64,000 nt of DNA from Octopus sinensis (Eukaryota). The stretch lies in contig NC_043008.1 of the NCBI RefSeq assembly GCF_006345805.1, positions 13,640,001 to 13,704,000 on the forward strand, given 5' to 3'. Positions 50,399-64,000 of this stretch are shown here, in pieces. Numbering within the stretch: position 1 is the stretch's first letter; each line of letters starts with the position of its first letter. The notes under the pieces were generated by a model. The model ran no database searches and was not told the DNA's origin. It saw only the letters and a program-made list of their open reading frames with translations. Both the position numbers and the translations under genes were made by a program.

Positions 50399-52560
50399 TA
50401 TATATATATATATATGTATGTATGTATATGTATATGTATAATATGTGATATATCGATTTTTGCCACGTTTAACTCACACCGTATGTATAAGAAGATATAA
50501 GCGACTTGTGTTTATTTATGATATCTTCGAGAACAGAAAAATAACAGAAGCCTAAATAGTTTTCATAGAATTTTGTTTTGGCATCAATGAAGGTGTTACC
50601 CCTTTAACTGTCCATAACTCTTCTTTCCATACATAAAGCTTTGCTAAATACAAGAATATTTACAATGAAACAAAATGAAACAAAAGACATTAGATTCTAA
50701 GATGTATGCATTTTCGGTGCAAATTGGACAAGCTTCTTTATCAAGTTCTCCAAAAGAACGTATTTTATAAGCAGTATTTCTGAGGCGCGGAGCTGACATT
50801 CATAATCGATCTCTAGGTAAGTCCCAAGAGGCGATCCAAATTAGTCATCTTTTCCTCTGTTTTCACCTTCCACCCTGTCGTGCATAATATAAATCGCTTC
50901 CCCATGTCTATATTTAGTGTATTTGTTACAAGACAACGTTAATCAAAATAACGATAAAACCACATTTATATGTATATTTGCATGTATGTGTGCGTATGTG
51001 TTTGTGTGCGTGTGTACAGAATTTGTTTATTTTACGACTTTTGTTATTCCACAATGTCACGTAACTATTATATGATATTATCAGATACCAAACTAATGAG
51101 AAGAAACAGAAAAGAATTCCGTGATTGCGGAATAATGAAGACGCGCATGGAAAACTTTGAAAAATCAATCTAAGAAACTAAAGTTTAGTGTAACACCTCT
51201 GATATAACACGGAGACACGGTAAAGTAATAGAAAATAAGGAAATATGATTTGGTGCATTAAAGGTCATATCTAAACTCGGCACTCACCCAAGACATTATC
51301 CAGCAAATAGACTTCAAATTAAGCAATAAAAAAGAGAAAAGCAGATGGTTTAGTTGTAGAAGCATCTGTTACTTCCCAAGGGTTGGATTAAAATATCTGA
51401 AGAAGCATTCTGTTATTCACGTCGTTCGAGTAACACGGGAAAGACTTGAGTGCTGATACACAGGATCAACAGAAAATTTCCGTTGCAGCATTAGAGGTAG
51501 TAAAGAGACGCTTTACAAACTTAATTCTCTTGTGTCTGGGGAGAATCATTTTCTGTTTGTGCATGTCCGTGTTTGTGTATTTGTAAAAATAAGAAATAAG
51601 TGGAAATTTTACACGTGAGTGTGTTACGTTATAAGGCACAAAAAGAAACTGACTCTCCCCAGACACAACAGAATATGCCTCAACACACGAACCCATATAA
51701 ATAATCTTGCAAACCAAATCGAAAAACGAAATACAAACTTAATGTTTATGTATTAGTTTAGCAAGTTTCTTCGCATGTAAGTCGAAGAAGTGGATCAGTT
51801 CCTCTATATCAACACTATGACATTCCACGTAGAAATCGCTGATCATCTCTACGCTTATGTCCATAGCAAAATCAACGTTTGTGGGTGGGTACTGAGATGA
51901 CGAATCTATGCTATTATGCAGGCCTTCACCTTCACGTTGCAGGTATAGATGCATTCATTCATTCTACAGAGGACGCCCTCCGTGCTGTCAATAGACATCC
52001 AGGAACATCCTGATTATGAGGCGAAGTATTATAGAGAGGTGTTACAAACTAAACTAGAACATGTGGGGGCTCGAGAGATTGTAAATCTGTAAATCACGGC
52101 ACGAGAATGAGACCGACTAAGGAGGCCACGCATGTGACAGAATGTAAACCGAAATACCAGAGAAAACCCGAATTGAATAGCAACACTGCCACCCGACAAC
52201 CTAACACCTGAAGACAGAACAGAACACAGACGAGACAAGGGGACACACACAGATACAAACGGTACAATATACAAACCCTCACACATGCACACGAGACACA
52301 GAGACATATGCGAGACATATAGACAAGCAAACACGCACACGCACACACATACTCAGAGTCACAGATGCGGGCGATTGTGCAGGCAATCATATGCACCATA
52401 GAAAGGTATCATGGAGTAAACACTGAGGCCAGAAAGAAGGGGAGGTAGTGTGAAGAAAATAGAATGGTTATTGTGGACATCAAATGATGCAACGTAAGAG
52501 CTTTTACGAAGCTACCGATAACTAGTAATTCAAAGGAGTTATTAAATACGGTATTGTTAC

Positions 52561-52593
<33 letters not shown>

Positions 52594-52599
52594 ATATAG

Positions 52600-52631
<32 letters not shown>

Positions 52632-54188
52632 TATATATATTGTAGACGTGACGGCGATGGCTAGAATGGTTGTGGTGAGTATTGACTTAAGCGTGAAAGA
52701 TAATACCTATAACGAAACATTTACTCTTCACCAACAGAATTTTGGGTGTGATTGTATGTATTGTATGTATGTCAGATAGTATGTTCACATAGTAGTATGG
52801 TATGATAGAGTATGTATGACAGTATGTATCCACTGAGTAATGACATCTATAAACACTGAATTTCTTCTCGAGAACCACATATTCATTTAGAGACAGATTT
52901 TAGGTCAACATTTTATGACGTGGTGTTTAAAGTACAAGTTTAATCACATTCATTCACCGAGACAGCTAACAGGTTCGTTAGTGTAATGCACATGATTCTT
53001 AGTATTAAAACTTCTCTCCATTGAGCGGGAGAGAAGAGTCATAAATCATTGTCAATATTAAAATTTTTAACGTAGCATGTATTAAGCCCCACTTCTTTTT
53101 CTTTATTCGTATTTCTACGAAAGTACGTGTAATGAACGAAATGATACTTTCTGAATGAACGAGTGCAAAAATCTAATTGCACCATTTATTTAGATTCTCT
53201 TAATTTATTAGCATTTTTGTTAAACCATACCAGTATTGAACGAAGGAATACTTAGTAGACTGTGTTGGAATGTGTTTTCTTTTCGGAAGTGAGTCCGTGC
53301 CTATTCAGTAGAAAATCATGTTTAACTAGAATTTATATCATGTTCAGCCTTAATTGAAGTTTATTAAGTTTTCCTATATGTTTCAAACAAAATTAAACTT
53401 CAGTCATTCTAGCATCAATTTATCGTCGCTAAGCCTCGAAATAATAGATATTTATAGCGTTCAGAGATATTATACTGATCAGATCAATCAACGGTCTCTA
53501 TTATTGAAGATAAGATTCAGTCAAATTCTAAATCTGTTTCATGTTTGAAACAGCACAGTCACGCAATTGAATACTTATAAGATCAATATGTTTCCCTATC
53601 GACCGCATTCTCCACATTGCCAACGCCAGCAATGTTATCAACGAAAGCAGACAAAATAAGACAAACGCTACCAACGAATCTCTTCATACGTATTGCCATT
53701 ATAATTCATTTGCTTTTATCCATTCTTTATTTATGTAGAATTTTTCCCATGAAGAAAGGTTGAAGATTAAATGTGGAATGGAAATTATATGAAAATGAGT
53801 TTTTAAAAACCTTCCACACATATATATTTTGTACCTGGACATATGCACAAGCACAAATACACACACAGACACACACACTCAAACATACACACATACAGGC
53901 ACATATACACTCATACATACACACACAAACATATACATAATTACTTATATATGTATAACGTATTTATATATAATATATTATGTAAATGTATATATATATA
54001 TTGGTGTGTCTGTGTGTTTATTTATAAGTGTGGGCGCGTATGTGTAATTAAATGTATGCATAATTGTTTGCGGGTATATATTTTTATCTTTATGTATCTA
54101 GTTCTTACCCGTTGTTACAACTATTCAAGTAAATAGCTCATCACGAAATCTACGGATGCGAGTGCGCGTGTATGTGTGTGCATCTACA

Positions 54189-54279
<91 letters not shown>

Positions 54280-54701
54280 ACAAAAAAGGGGATTGGAAAT
54301 GGTGGTAGTATTACACGTGTCGCATTTGTTAATAGCAATTGCAAAGCTTTTATATGTTAGACAGACATTTTAGGAATGTTCTATCGGAAATTCGTTAGAC
54401 AAAGAAATTAAGTGATTATCAAAATTTTCTGTCTGAGGACGACTAAAAGGAAATTCATTAAATGTCGGTCTAGGAATGTAAAACTTTGTAACTCATATTA
54501 GCAAATGAAACATATGTAATGATGAATGAATAGGAACAGAAAATGTCCTGTTTTTATACAATGCCTCTGCAAATAATATTCATAATTCTCAATTTTAGTT
54601 TCTATTTTGTTCCAACACCCAGAAGCAACTGAAGCTCAATATTCGATTCTATATTGAAATGAGCGGAAGAGCTTCAATATACCTGCGATTTTATCTACCT
54701 A

Positions 54702-54752
<51 letters not shown>

Positions 54753-54767
54753 TATATATATACATTC

Positions 54768-55062
54768 ACACACTCGCGTAAGATCAAGAGTTTGATTTCG
54801 GCGACGAATGTTGTGTCCTTAAGCGAGGCCTATTATTTCTCGTTGCTCAATCCCACTCAGCTGATAAATTAGAGTTGTTCGTGGAACTCAAAGGCTCAGA
54901 CTTGCCACATTCAGTGTGGCAAATTGAAACTCCCTTAGAACTACGTTAACTGTACGCGTACCACTGCAATGCTTAGACACTTGCACGTTAATTTCATGAG
55001 CGAGCCGTTCCGTTGATCGAATCAGCTGGAACACTTGCCGTCGTAATCGACGGAGAGCTAGG
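54768..55062 (+). mobile_element. SINE family B, diverged and 5'-eroded
   Basis: gttgtgtccttaagc...cactcagctg...cacttgcacgttaatttca.gagc..gccgttccgttgatcg...gtcgtaa.cgacggag. Confidence 0.8.
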
Positions 55063-55091
55063 TCAGTATGGTCAGTATACGCACAAACACT

Positions 55092-55420
<329 letters not shown>

Positions 55421-55622
55421 AGTTAATCCAAACATGAAAGCACAAAAATACACAACAACGCGAGGACGTGGAACAAATATAGTATTATTGGACGCTCAGG
55501 AAAGAAGGAAAGAAGGAGGGTTGAACGTTTCGAGCGGAGCTCTTCATCGGAAACATAGGAGAAGGAAAGATCCTGAGAAGGGAAGACAGAGGAAAACATC
55601 GCCAACGGTACACACGCGGTCA
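55421..55622 (-). mobile_element. Probable Penelope-like terminal repeat fragment with a hammerhead-like motif (55519-55557)
   Basis: The minus strand reads TATGTTT-CCGATGA-A-GAGC-TCC-GCTC-GAAA-CGTT-CAACC. Stem II is perfect and stem III is the palindrome (A)ACGT(T). It is flanked by (TA)n/(CA)n. Confidence 0.55.
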
Positions 55623-55637
55623 CACACACACACACAC

Positions 55638-55705
<68 letters not shown>

Positions 55706-56265
55706 TGTAATATAATATGTGACAATTGTACGGTTGCCATAATAAGGCTTCAAGTTTCGGATGTCGGGGCGGAAACCTGCTCCGGCATCTCTTCAGTTAT
55801 CGAGACAATCTAAATATGCTATGAAAATGACCGTTAAACAAAGGGAAATTACTATGTAATTGACCGTTATTAAGACTATAAAGCTATTAGAATGAGCGTT
55901 CAATAACGGGAGGAAGTAAAAGTTAAGGGAGTAAAAATGCCCATAGCAACCGCGTACAGGCGTTATAATGATCGTACACGCATTATAATGATTTACGTAT
56001 CTAAGTTGTAGTATATACTAAAGTTTCTAGTTTCTTCCATTAGTTTGAAGCTTTATTCGCTTCAAGTATTGCAAATATGCACATAATTAGATGCTTCCTA
56101 ACAAGGATAAAAAGTAGAATACAGATGTATACCAATGAGATGCGTTACACTTATATTTCTGTTACATTTTTGAAGAAAATATCTTGGAAACAATATATAA
56201 ATTATTAGTGTTGAGGGTTTGTCGGCAAGAAATTAAGAGTACTTAATATAATTATTTTTTATATA

Positions 56266-56572
56266 TTTATGCGCCCTTTTCAAACCTAGCCAGTCTCACG
56301 GGCCCGGTTTCCCGGTTTCTATGGCGTATGCGTTGCCTCCAGGTGGACAAGACGCCAGTCCATCGCAGCGTCACTCAAGAAACAGAAAAAAGAGTGGGAG
56401 AAAGTTTGGGCGAAAGAGTACAACAGAGGTCACCACCACCCTCTGCCGGAGCCTCGTGGAGCTTTATGTGTTTTCGCCCAATAAACACACACAAGCCCCG
56501 GTCTGAGAATCGAAGCCGCGATCCTCCGACCGCGAGTTCGCTGCCCTAACCACTGGCCCATTGCGCCTCCAC
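56266..56572 (-). mobile_element. SINE with a family A head and body and a different 3' tail
   Basis: Matches family A from 56572 to about 56383, then reads GCTGCGATGGACTGGCGTCTTGTCCA...CCATAGAAACCGGGAAACCGGGCCC. Confidence 0.85.
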
Positions 56573-57330
56573 ACCTAATATAATGAAGGATATAAATATT
56601 TTCATAGAGAATATTTTAGAAATGATACCTGCATGCAATGAACTAAGGGTTTTCTTCAATTAGGTTCTGATATCTCTAATATTGATTTGGTTATTTTGAT
56701 ATCGTTTAACATAGAGTGAAGATCATCCTACTGTATGTTAGACCTCAGGGAATTTTCTCCAATTTGTGAGAGGGAGGAGAAATCAGGTACACAAATATCG
56801 ATAATTATAAAGAAAGGAAACAAGAAAGAATTAATGAAATAAAGAAAATATGTATTGGATGGCACATTTGTTTCATCGATGCCAAAAGTGTGATATACAA
56901 AACTGAACTTCACACGAATTGAACTTAGTGCCATGAGGCTATACGAAAGTTATACCAAAACTGGCAACACTGCCAAGTTTGCGGAATAAGACAGTGTGCA
57001 TAACCTAGAAATTAGAAAAAGACAAAAAACACAATAAAAGCTAGCAAAGATCATTCCGAATATTTCAGAATGCTAAGTGATTATCGCATATTTCCTGTGC
57101 ATAAATTCGTTATCGTGTTGGTTAAGTTTTCATTATACAGCATTTTTAAACAGTTTTGTTTCAGGCACATGTTGTGAGATGCCGAGATGCCCTTTCCTAT
57201 ATGATTAAGGTGTGTATTTTAGCCACACAAAGAATGATACTGTATGAGTGCATTAAAAAACATTCACACAATATATCTTATAATTTAGATATACGCTGTG
57301 TGTGTTGATGTGAATGCATAAATTTAAATG

Positions 57331-58020
<690 letters not shown>

Positions 58021-60313
58021 ATAGATATATGAATGTGTATGCATATGTATATATATATGTTTATATGTATATATGTACGTATGTATGCATATACTATTGC
58101 CGCTAGGTTTCTATTTTCCGTCTGCAACACAGACGCAAATGTTGTTAAATTAAGAATTTATTTCACATACAACATTCAGCACATTCTCCTTTAACTCAAT
58201 TATGCAAATTTATGTTACTGGTTTATTTGAGTTATCTCACTTCTATCTCTTGTCTCTGTCTCTCTTTCTTTATCTTTCTCTCTCTCACATGAAATGTATC
58301 TCTTTGTCTGTCCGTCTGTCTGTCTCTGTCTCTTCTGTCATTTTCCGTATGTTTTCGTCTTTTGAACAATGGATGTAAATTTCTTGTGAACTGTGTTATT
58401 CATTGGATTTTCTTTTTTCTCAAGAAGAGTGGATAGCAAGTAAAACGAAACCTAACTGCTGTTCTTACAATACGCAAGGCTATATTTAATTCCATTGCTT
58501 TCTTATACTGCGATTTAAGTATTTATATATAGTTTGAGCAAACAACTTTAGAATAAATTGAACATCATTGCTGAATTGCCATTTTTATGCACACGACGTT
58601 CTCCCTTTTGACAACCTGTTGTATCTCAATGTTTATTGATCTCGGAGCTAACTATATGATTAATTAAATTAGATAACCGTTGGAAAATGCATTTTCGTCG
58701 TTTGATTGATATTCATTTATAGCATAGAATATATCAATAGATGTGAAGGAAAGGAAGTATATGGTATTACCATAGCCATTTTACTTGGTTCTATTACATC
58801 ATCTTACGTGAATTCAGATAATAAAATCCATCTGAAAAGCGAGTTTAGGAAAATACATTTTTCATGAGTCCCGTCTTGCATTAATAATTTCCATTAAGTT
58901 TCGCCAGTTGTCTTAAGCTTGTATTTCTTCTATCACTAGTTTATACTATATATTTGAATGACAAGAATGCATCAAAATACTCCACGCTGCTTGTTAATAG
59001 TATTGATATGCTCGTACATTTCTGACAGCAATTATATAGTTACATACTAAATTAAATGAAAATATGGATATGAAGGTTTTGTAGCTGCCAAAGTAAATAA
59101 CGCGCTTAAAAACGGTATGGCATAGATTGATATATCATTCCCATATGAGGGCTGCCGTTCCAACAAACTTATTCCTTTATGGCATCAATAAACGAAATAA
59201 AATTTTGTGGAAATGTGCTAATAGAAATCCTGGTCTCATTGGCATTGGCAATAAGATTAAGGAAATGTGCAACAGCATGCGTTATCTTGTGATAATATAA
59301 ATACATACATCTTACTATCAGTTGAGTAACTTCGTGAGAATCGGAGCATTGCTATGTCAGATAATATATATATATATCTGGCTGTTGGGAAAACACACGA
59401 TCTACTATATATTCTGGTTAACTGATGCAATATTATGCTTGATAATAAAAGTAACAAGCTAAAACCAATCACATATGGGCAAAATATTGCCCTGAATTCA
59501 TTGTTTTAATTTCTACCTATGATGAAACGAGAGAAGGAAATATTTTTTTGTCGAATAGCACTATAGTAATATTGTATGTAAGGACAGTTTTAATAACAGA
59601 TTATGAAGGATTGTATCTTATCAAGTGATAAAATACACATATCGTCTTTCAAATCGAGGGTTCTCTTGAGATATTGTGCTCTTCTCTAGGATATAATGTA
59701 TGACAGCGACTTGGGATAGCATTGAGATCTATAGGAAGAAGTGTTCCCAAGCGCTCTGATATAAATTCAGGTTTATCTTCAAATGTAGAATGAAGATTTA
59801 TATTCCATTGTGCAATGAAATACCAGAAACATACTAGGAGGGAACCCCTTTACGGACACATCGTAGAAATATCTATCTATAATCAGTGGAAATGTGATGT
59901 TAACTCTAACAGACAGTGTGCAGATTAACTGAAATTGAAAGGTTCAATTCACAGGTACGAACAAAAAGTTACTTTTTTTATCCAGATAAACCATAATGCT
60001 TTTAATATGTTCAGCAATATATAAATTGCATTATCTCTTCTCAGTCATCCATCCAAAACACGTAAGAAATTTATGCTAAACATTCCCTACGTCCCACACT
60101 TATTGCATGATATCGGAGTCTTATTAAACAAGTACCTATTGAATATTAAATAACAAAATACTCTGTTTCGAAGATGCTTGATAATTTTCTATGGAGAACC
60201 ATGTACACAATAAATATAAATCATATGAGTGCAAATTAGAGGGATTAGAGGGATTAGATTCTTAATAATAATTGCACATGAGAAAATAAAGACTAAACGG
60301 TTTAGCATTCATA

Positions 60314-60535
60314 AGGCGGCGAGCTGTCAGAATCGTTAGCACGTCGGGCGAAATGCTTACTGTTATTTCGGCTGCCGTAACGTTGCGAGTTCAAATTCCG
60401 CCGAGGTCGACTTTGCCTTTCATCCTTTCGGAGTCGATAAATTAAGCACCAGTTACGCACTGGGGTCGATGTCATCGACTTAATACCTATGTTTGTCCCC
60501 TCTATATTTAGCCCCTTGTGGGTAGGAAAGAAATA
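60314..60535 (+). mobile_element. SINE family D (full length, long tail) with a perfect TSD
   Basis: Starts aggcggcgagctgtcagaatcgttagc, B box GAGTTCAAATTCC. 15-bp TSD ggtttagcattcata (60299-60313 / 60536-60550). Confidence 0.95.
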
Positions 60536-61189
60536 GGTTTAGCATTCATATACATCTTACAAAATATAAGCAAATAATCTATTTTCTAATATCGAAAATT
60601 TTATATTCAGTGTTCTTGAATGATGCTTATGGAAATTACATCTTGCTAAGCTATAGATCTATGTGAAGGAGTGTAAATACATCGCAATAATGAAGTTGTT
60701 AGTCAGTAATAAGAAATAGTTTAAGCCACAAACTTGTTGATATTTCGATAGGAAAAAGAGAGCTTGGCATAAAGATCCATTGTGCATCATTGAGTGTAGA
60801 AAACTCGCGTAAATGAGAAAATGTGCGTGTCAATATTGATGATTAAATAATCAACTGATCAACAGGAAACTAATAAAATGCTTGAAAGCACCTTACATAA
60901 TCAACCAAGGATGTATAATCTGATAATTAACCATTATTATAGGAAGATGAAGACCTACGTAGAGCTAAACAGGATATGATTATAACCTTTAGGGCTGAAA
61001 CAACTTATTATATTCCAAAAAGGAATTAATACCTTCTATGTTTTATGTGAAAGAAAGTTATAAATATATAGCGTACGTTAGGTGTCTCGGCTGTAGATTT
61101 TTCCGTTTTCATTAGATATAAATATATCGACAATTAATTTTCCGTGCACCTTACTGTCTGCGTTTAATAAGTAACTGATACTATCTCTC

Positions 61190-61192
61190 TAC

Positions 61193-61250
<58 letters not shown>

Positions 61251-61311
61251 CTGTCTATCTATCTATCTCTGTCTATCTATCTATCTCTGTCTATCTATCT
61301 ATCTATCTCTG

Positions 61312-61347
<36 letters not shown>

Positions 61348-61508
61348 ACTATCTAACTATCTATCTATTTATCTATCTATCTACCTTTATATCTATCTAT
61401 TTATCTATCTACCTCCCTATCTATCTATCTATCTATCTATCTATATATCTATCTATCTATCTATCTACCTTTATATCTATCTATTTATCTATCTACCTCC
61501 CTATCTAT

Positions 61509-61556
<48 letters not shown>

Positions 61557-61605
61557 ATCTATCTATCTATCTATCTATCTGTCTGTCTATCTATTCATCT
61601 ATCTG

Positions 61606-61652
<47 letters not shown>
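61190..61652. repeat. (CTAT)n microsatellite with higher-order variant blocks
   Basis: Directly visible. Confidence 0.95.
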
Positions 61653-61653
<1 letters not shown>

Positions 61654-61899
61654 ATAATCCGTCTAGCATTAAACTATTTCACGCATACACTTGCACAGAC
61701 AAGTCAAATACAAACTAGTATATAATTAAAATTATATGCTCCAAATAAACTAGTTATTGTGATATTTTTTTATGATGCAAATCAGACATGAACAACCTAC
61801 AATGAGAATTGATGAGAAAAAAATCTAGAATTTATTTCCAGCAACATTATCAATATGGTCTACAATTCTTCAATAATATCACATTTAAAACGCAACGTT

Positions 61900-62103
61900 C
61901 TGGCAGAATCGTTAGCACGCCGGGCAGAATGCTTAGCAGCATTTCGTCCGTCTTTGCATTCTGAGCTCAAATTCCGTCGAGGTCTGCTTTGCCTTTTATC
62001 CGTTCGGGATCGATAAAACAAGTCCGAAGTTCAGCACTTGGGTCGATGTAATCGATTCACCCTCTCCCCGATTTTGCTGGCCTTGCGACAAAATTTGAAA
62101 TCT
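61900..62103 (+). mobile_element. SINE family D, short tail variant
   Basis: ctggcagaatcgttagcacgccgggc...gaggtctgctttgccttttatcc...ttttgctggccttgcgacaaaatttgaaa. Confidence 0.85.
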
Positions 62104-63828
62104 ATGTCACATTAATACAATTTTCAAATTCTGGGCGAAGGTAGATCATATTTGATTGTCCACTGGCCTTGCAGATCAGGTACAAAACGAACGCAGATTT
62201 ACGATTGGAATTATAGTATGTATTTTATGTCGGATTAATAGTTAATAGATTGAAAAGTTTCTATTTAAAATGGAGATCTATTTTCCTCAAATACCATAAA
62301 TTACAAATAAATAAGCCTTCGGAGTTTCTATAAAAGATGAGGTCATCAGGTGCATAATTGGTATTCACTTCACGCATACACAAACAGAAAATAGGATCAC
62401 ACAAGTATACACACCCTCACGTTAAACGCACACAGCATATAGGCACACAACAGCTTCGCATACGCCGGTGCACATACACATACTCATGTGTAATGGCTTC
62501 AAACTCATATACACCAGATAGCCTCACATACAGATACACACGTCAATACACACGTATGCTCATACATAAACATAGAGCATATACGCACGCACACACACAT
62601 ACACGAAGGCACGCACACACACATACACGAAGGCACGCGCGCGTTTACACTTGCACATGCCCGCACACACACATTAGCTTCATGCCTGTCCAGGTGTTTC
62701 AACCCGCTCCTTCTCTCTCACTCTCTCATACATCCATACACATAGACGAATTCAACGTTGGCTTCCTTGCCATCCACTCCTCAAGCCAACCACTTCCTAT
62801 TCCGGTCATTTGAATACGCGGTCGCCATCCGATAGAAAAGCATATTTCTTTTCTCTCTTGTTTTCTCTCTTCAGCTACCTTTTCTTTTGCCGAAACCTAA
62901 TACACCCTCGTTTCTGTTTATTATTTTTTTTATCTTCATCTCGTTTTCTTTTTATCTACCTCATAGTTGTCAATACAACCAGTGATAATTAAGAGGAAAT
63001 ATTTTCACAAGACCGTTGTTAGCCATTGAATTTATGAAAGGAAAGTTTATATGCTATCTATCATGGTGTGAGAGTCAAGTAGACTCTCTGAGTTTCTTTG
63101 TTCTGATGAAAGAATTTACGACATAAATAGCCAAGCTGTAGATCTTTGTTCAGTAGTTTTATCATTAACCATTCCATTGTCTGTGTACCCTGCACTCTAG
63201 AAATTGCTAAGTTTGAAAGAACATTCTGACAATTGACACAGTATTAAGGCCTTTCTTGTGTAAATATTAGCATATTTAAACACAGCTCACAAGACATTAT
63301 ACTATAGCGTACGATAAATCCTGAAATAAGTGAAACAATTTAATTGATTTGTAAATGGTAGGGAACGTATGAATATTAGAGATAGTGGATTTAAGAAAAC
63401 AATATTGATGGAAGTATTGTATTGAGGTCCTCTTTACGATCTCTTTGCAATCTCTACTAAATACGCAACGCATACATCCTGCGTCATGGTGATCCATCGT
63501 AATTTCTCACAATAAACGTAGCGCATACAATTGCTGTGTGCTAAATTGTACAACGTTCAACATAATTATTATGGTGATATGGGAGACAGAAAATATCAGG
63601 TATATATACACATGCAGCCGCAGTTTAAAGATGCTTCAGTAACCTACACCCAGAACAGCTTAGGAGGGCAATGTAGGATTTCTCGTTTCTCTGTGAATCG
63701 ATTTTGCACACTATGGCAACGCCCTTGTTATATTTTCATTATTCTGTGTAAGATCCTTTCTTTTTTTACCTGTGATTCTTCAGTTTTTAGGTGAATCACG
63801 CTAATAGCCTCTCTTCTCCCTAAGAACA

Positions 63829-64000
63829 ATGAGGAGTGGAAAAGGCGTTAACGACGAAGAAAGGTCTGTCATCATCAAGAAAAGTGCTAAAAGTACTTGC
63901 CTTCATGTCATTGCGGAGAAATTAGTTCGTCATGTGGACACGGTTAGAAATTCTTGAAGGATTCTTCGACGAGGAAAAACCGGTCCGATTAATGGACCTA
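63829..64000 (+). mobile_element. Possible Tc1-like transposase N-terminus (decayed, runs off the window)
   Basis: MRSGKGVNDEERSVIIKK......IAEKLVRHVDTV resembles the Tc1 paired-like HTH start (MG.GK.L...E...I......IA..L.R...TV). I could not identify a TIR with confidence. Confidence 0.4.

Noticed and set aside
51739-51954. 71-aa non-repetitive minus-strand ORF (..DISVEMISDFYVECHSVDIEELIHFFDLHAKKL..)
   Set aside because: I recognise no motif, an in-frame stop lies directly upstream of the ATG, and there is no convincing splice pair. BLASTX would be needed.
53380-53552. 10-bp inverted ends gtttcaaaca / tgtttgaaac around about 160 bp
   Set aside because: Too short and AT-rich, with no TSD and no second copy in the window.

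Overview
AT-rich, microsatellite-saturated eukaryotic non-coding DNA, either intergenic or deep intronic. It is most likely an octopus or other coleoid cephalopod genome; that is an inference from recalled repeat families and microsatellite density, not a database result. I can support no intact host protein-coding gene, true tRNA, rRNA or CRISPR array, and most ORFs in the track are translated microsatellites. The window is a transposon graveyard. It holds about 25 copies of four tRNA-derived SINE families (my labels A-D) showing tail swapping and multimers. It holds one near full-length but disabled RLE-type (R4/Dong-like) LINE at 4379-8533 plus three other relics, all ending in (TAA)n. It also has Penelope-like (PLE) RT and GIY-YIG relics, two mariner relics, a probable Tc1 start, an RTE 3' end and a small Helitron-like insert. 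The most interesting signal is a set of minimal type-I hammerhead-ribozyme-like motifs in PLE-type ends. The best example is a head-to-head inverted pair at 22469-22664. Also notable are several long palindromes, including a perfect 341-bp foldback, and a 137-bp, 136/137-identical inverted copy of a decayed PLE placed 7 kb from its source. All alignments and folds were done by eye, so boundaries are approximate.
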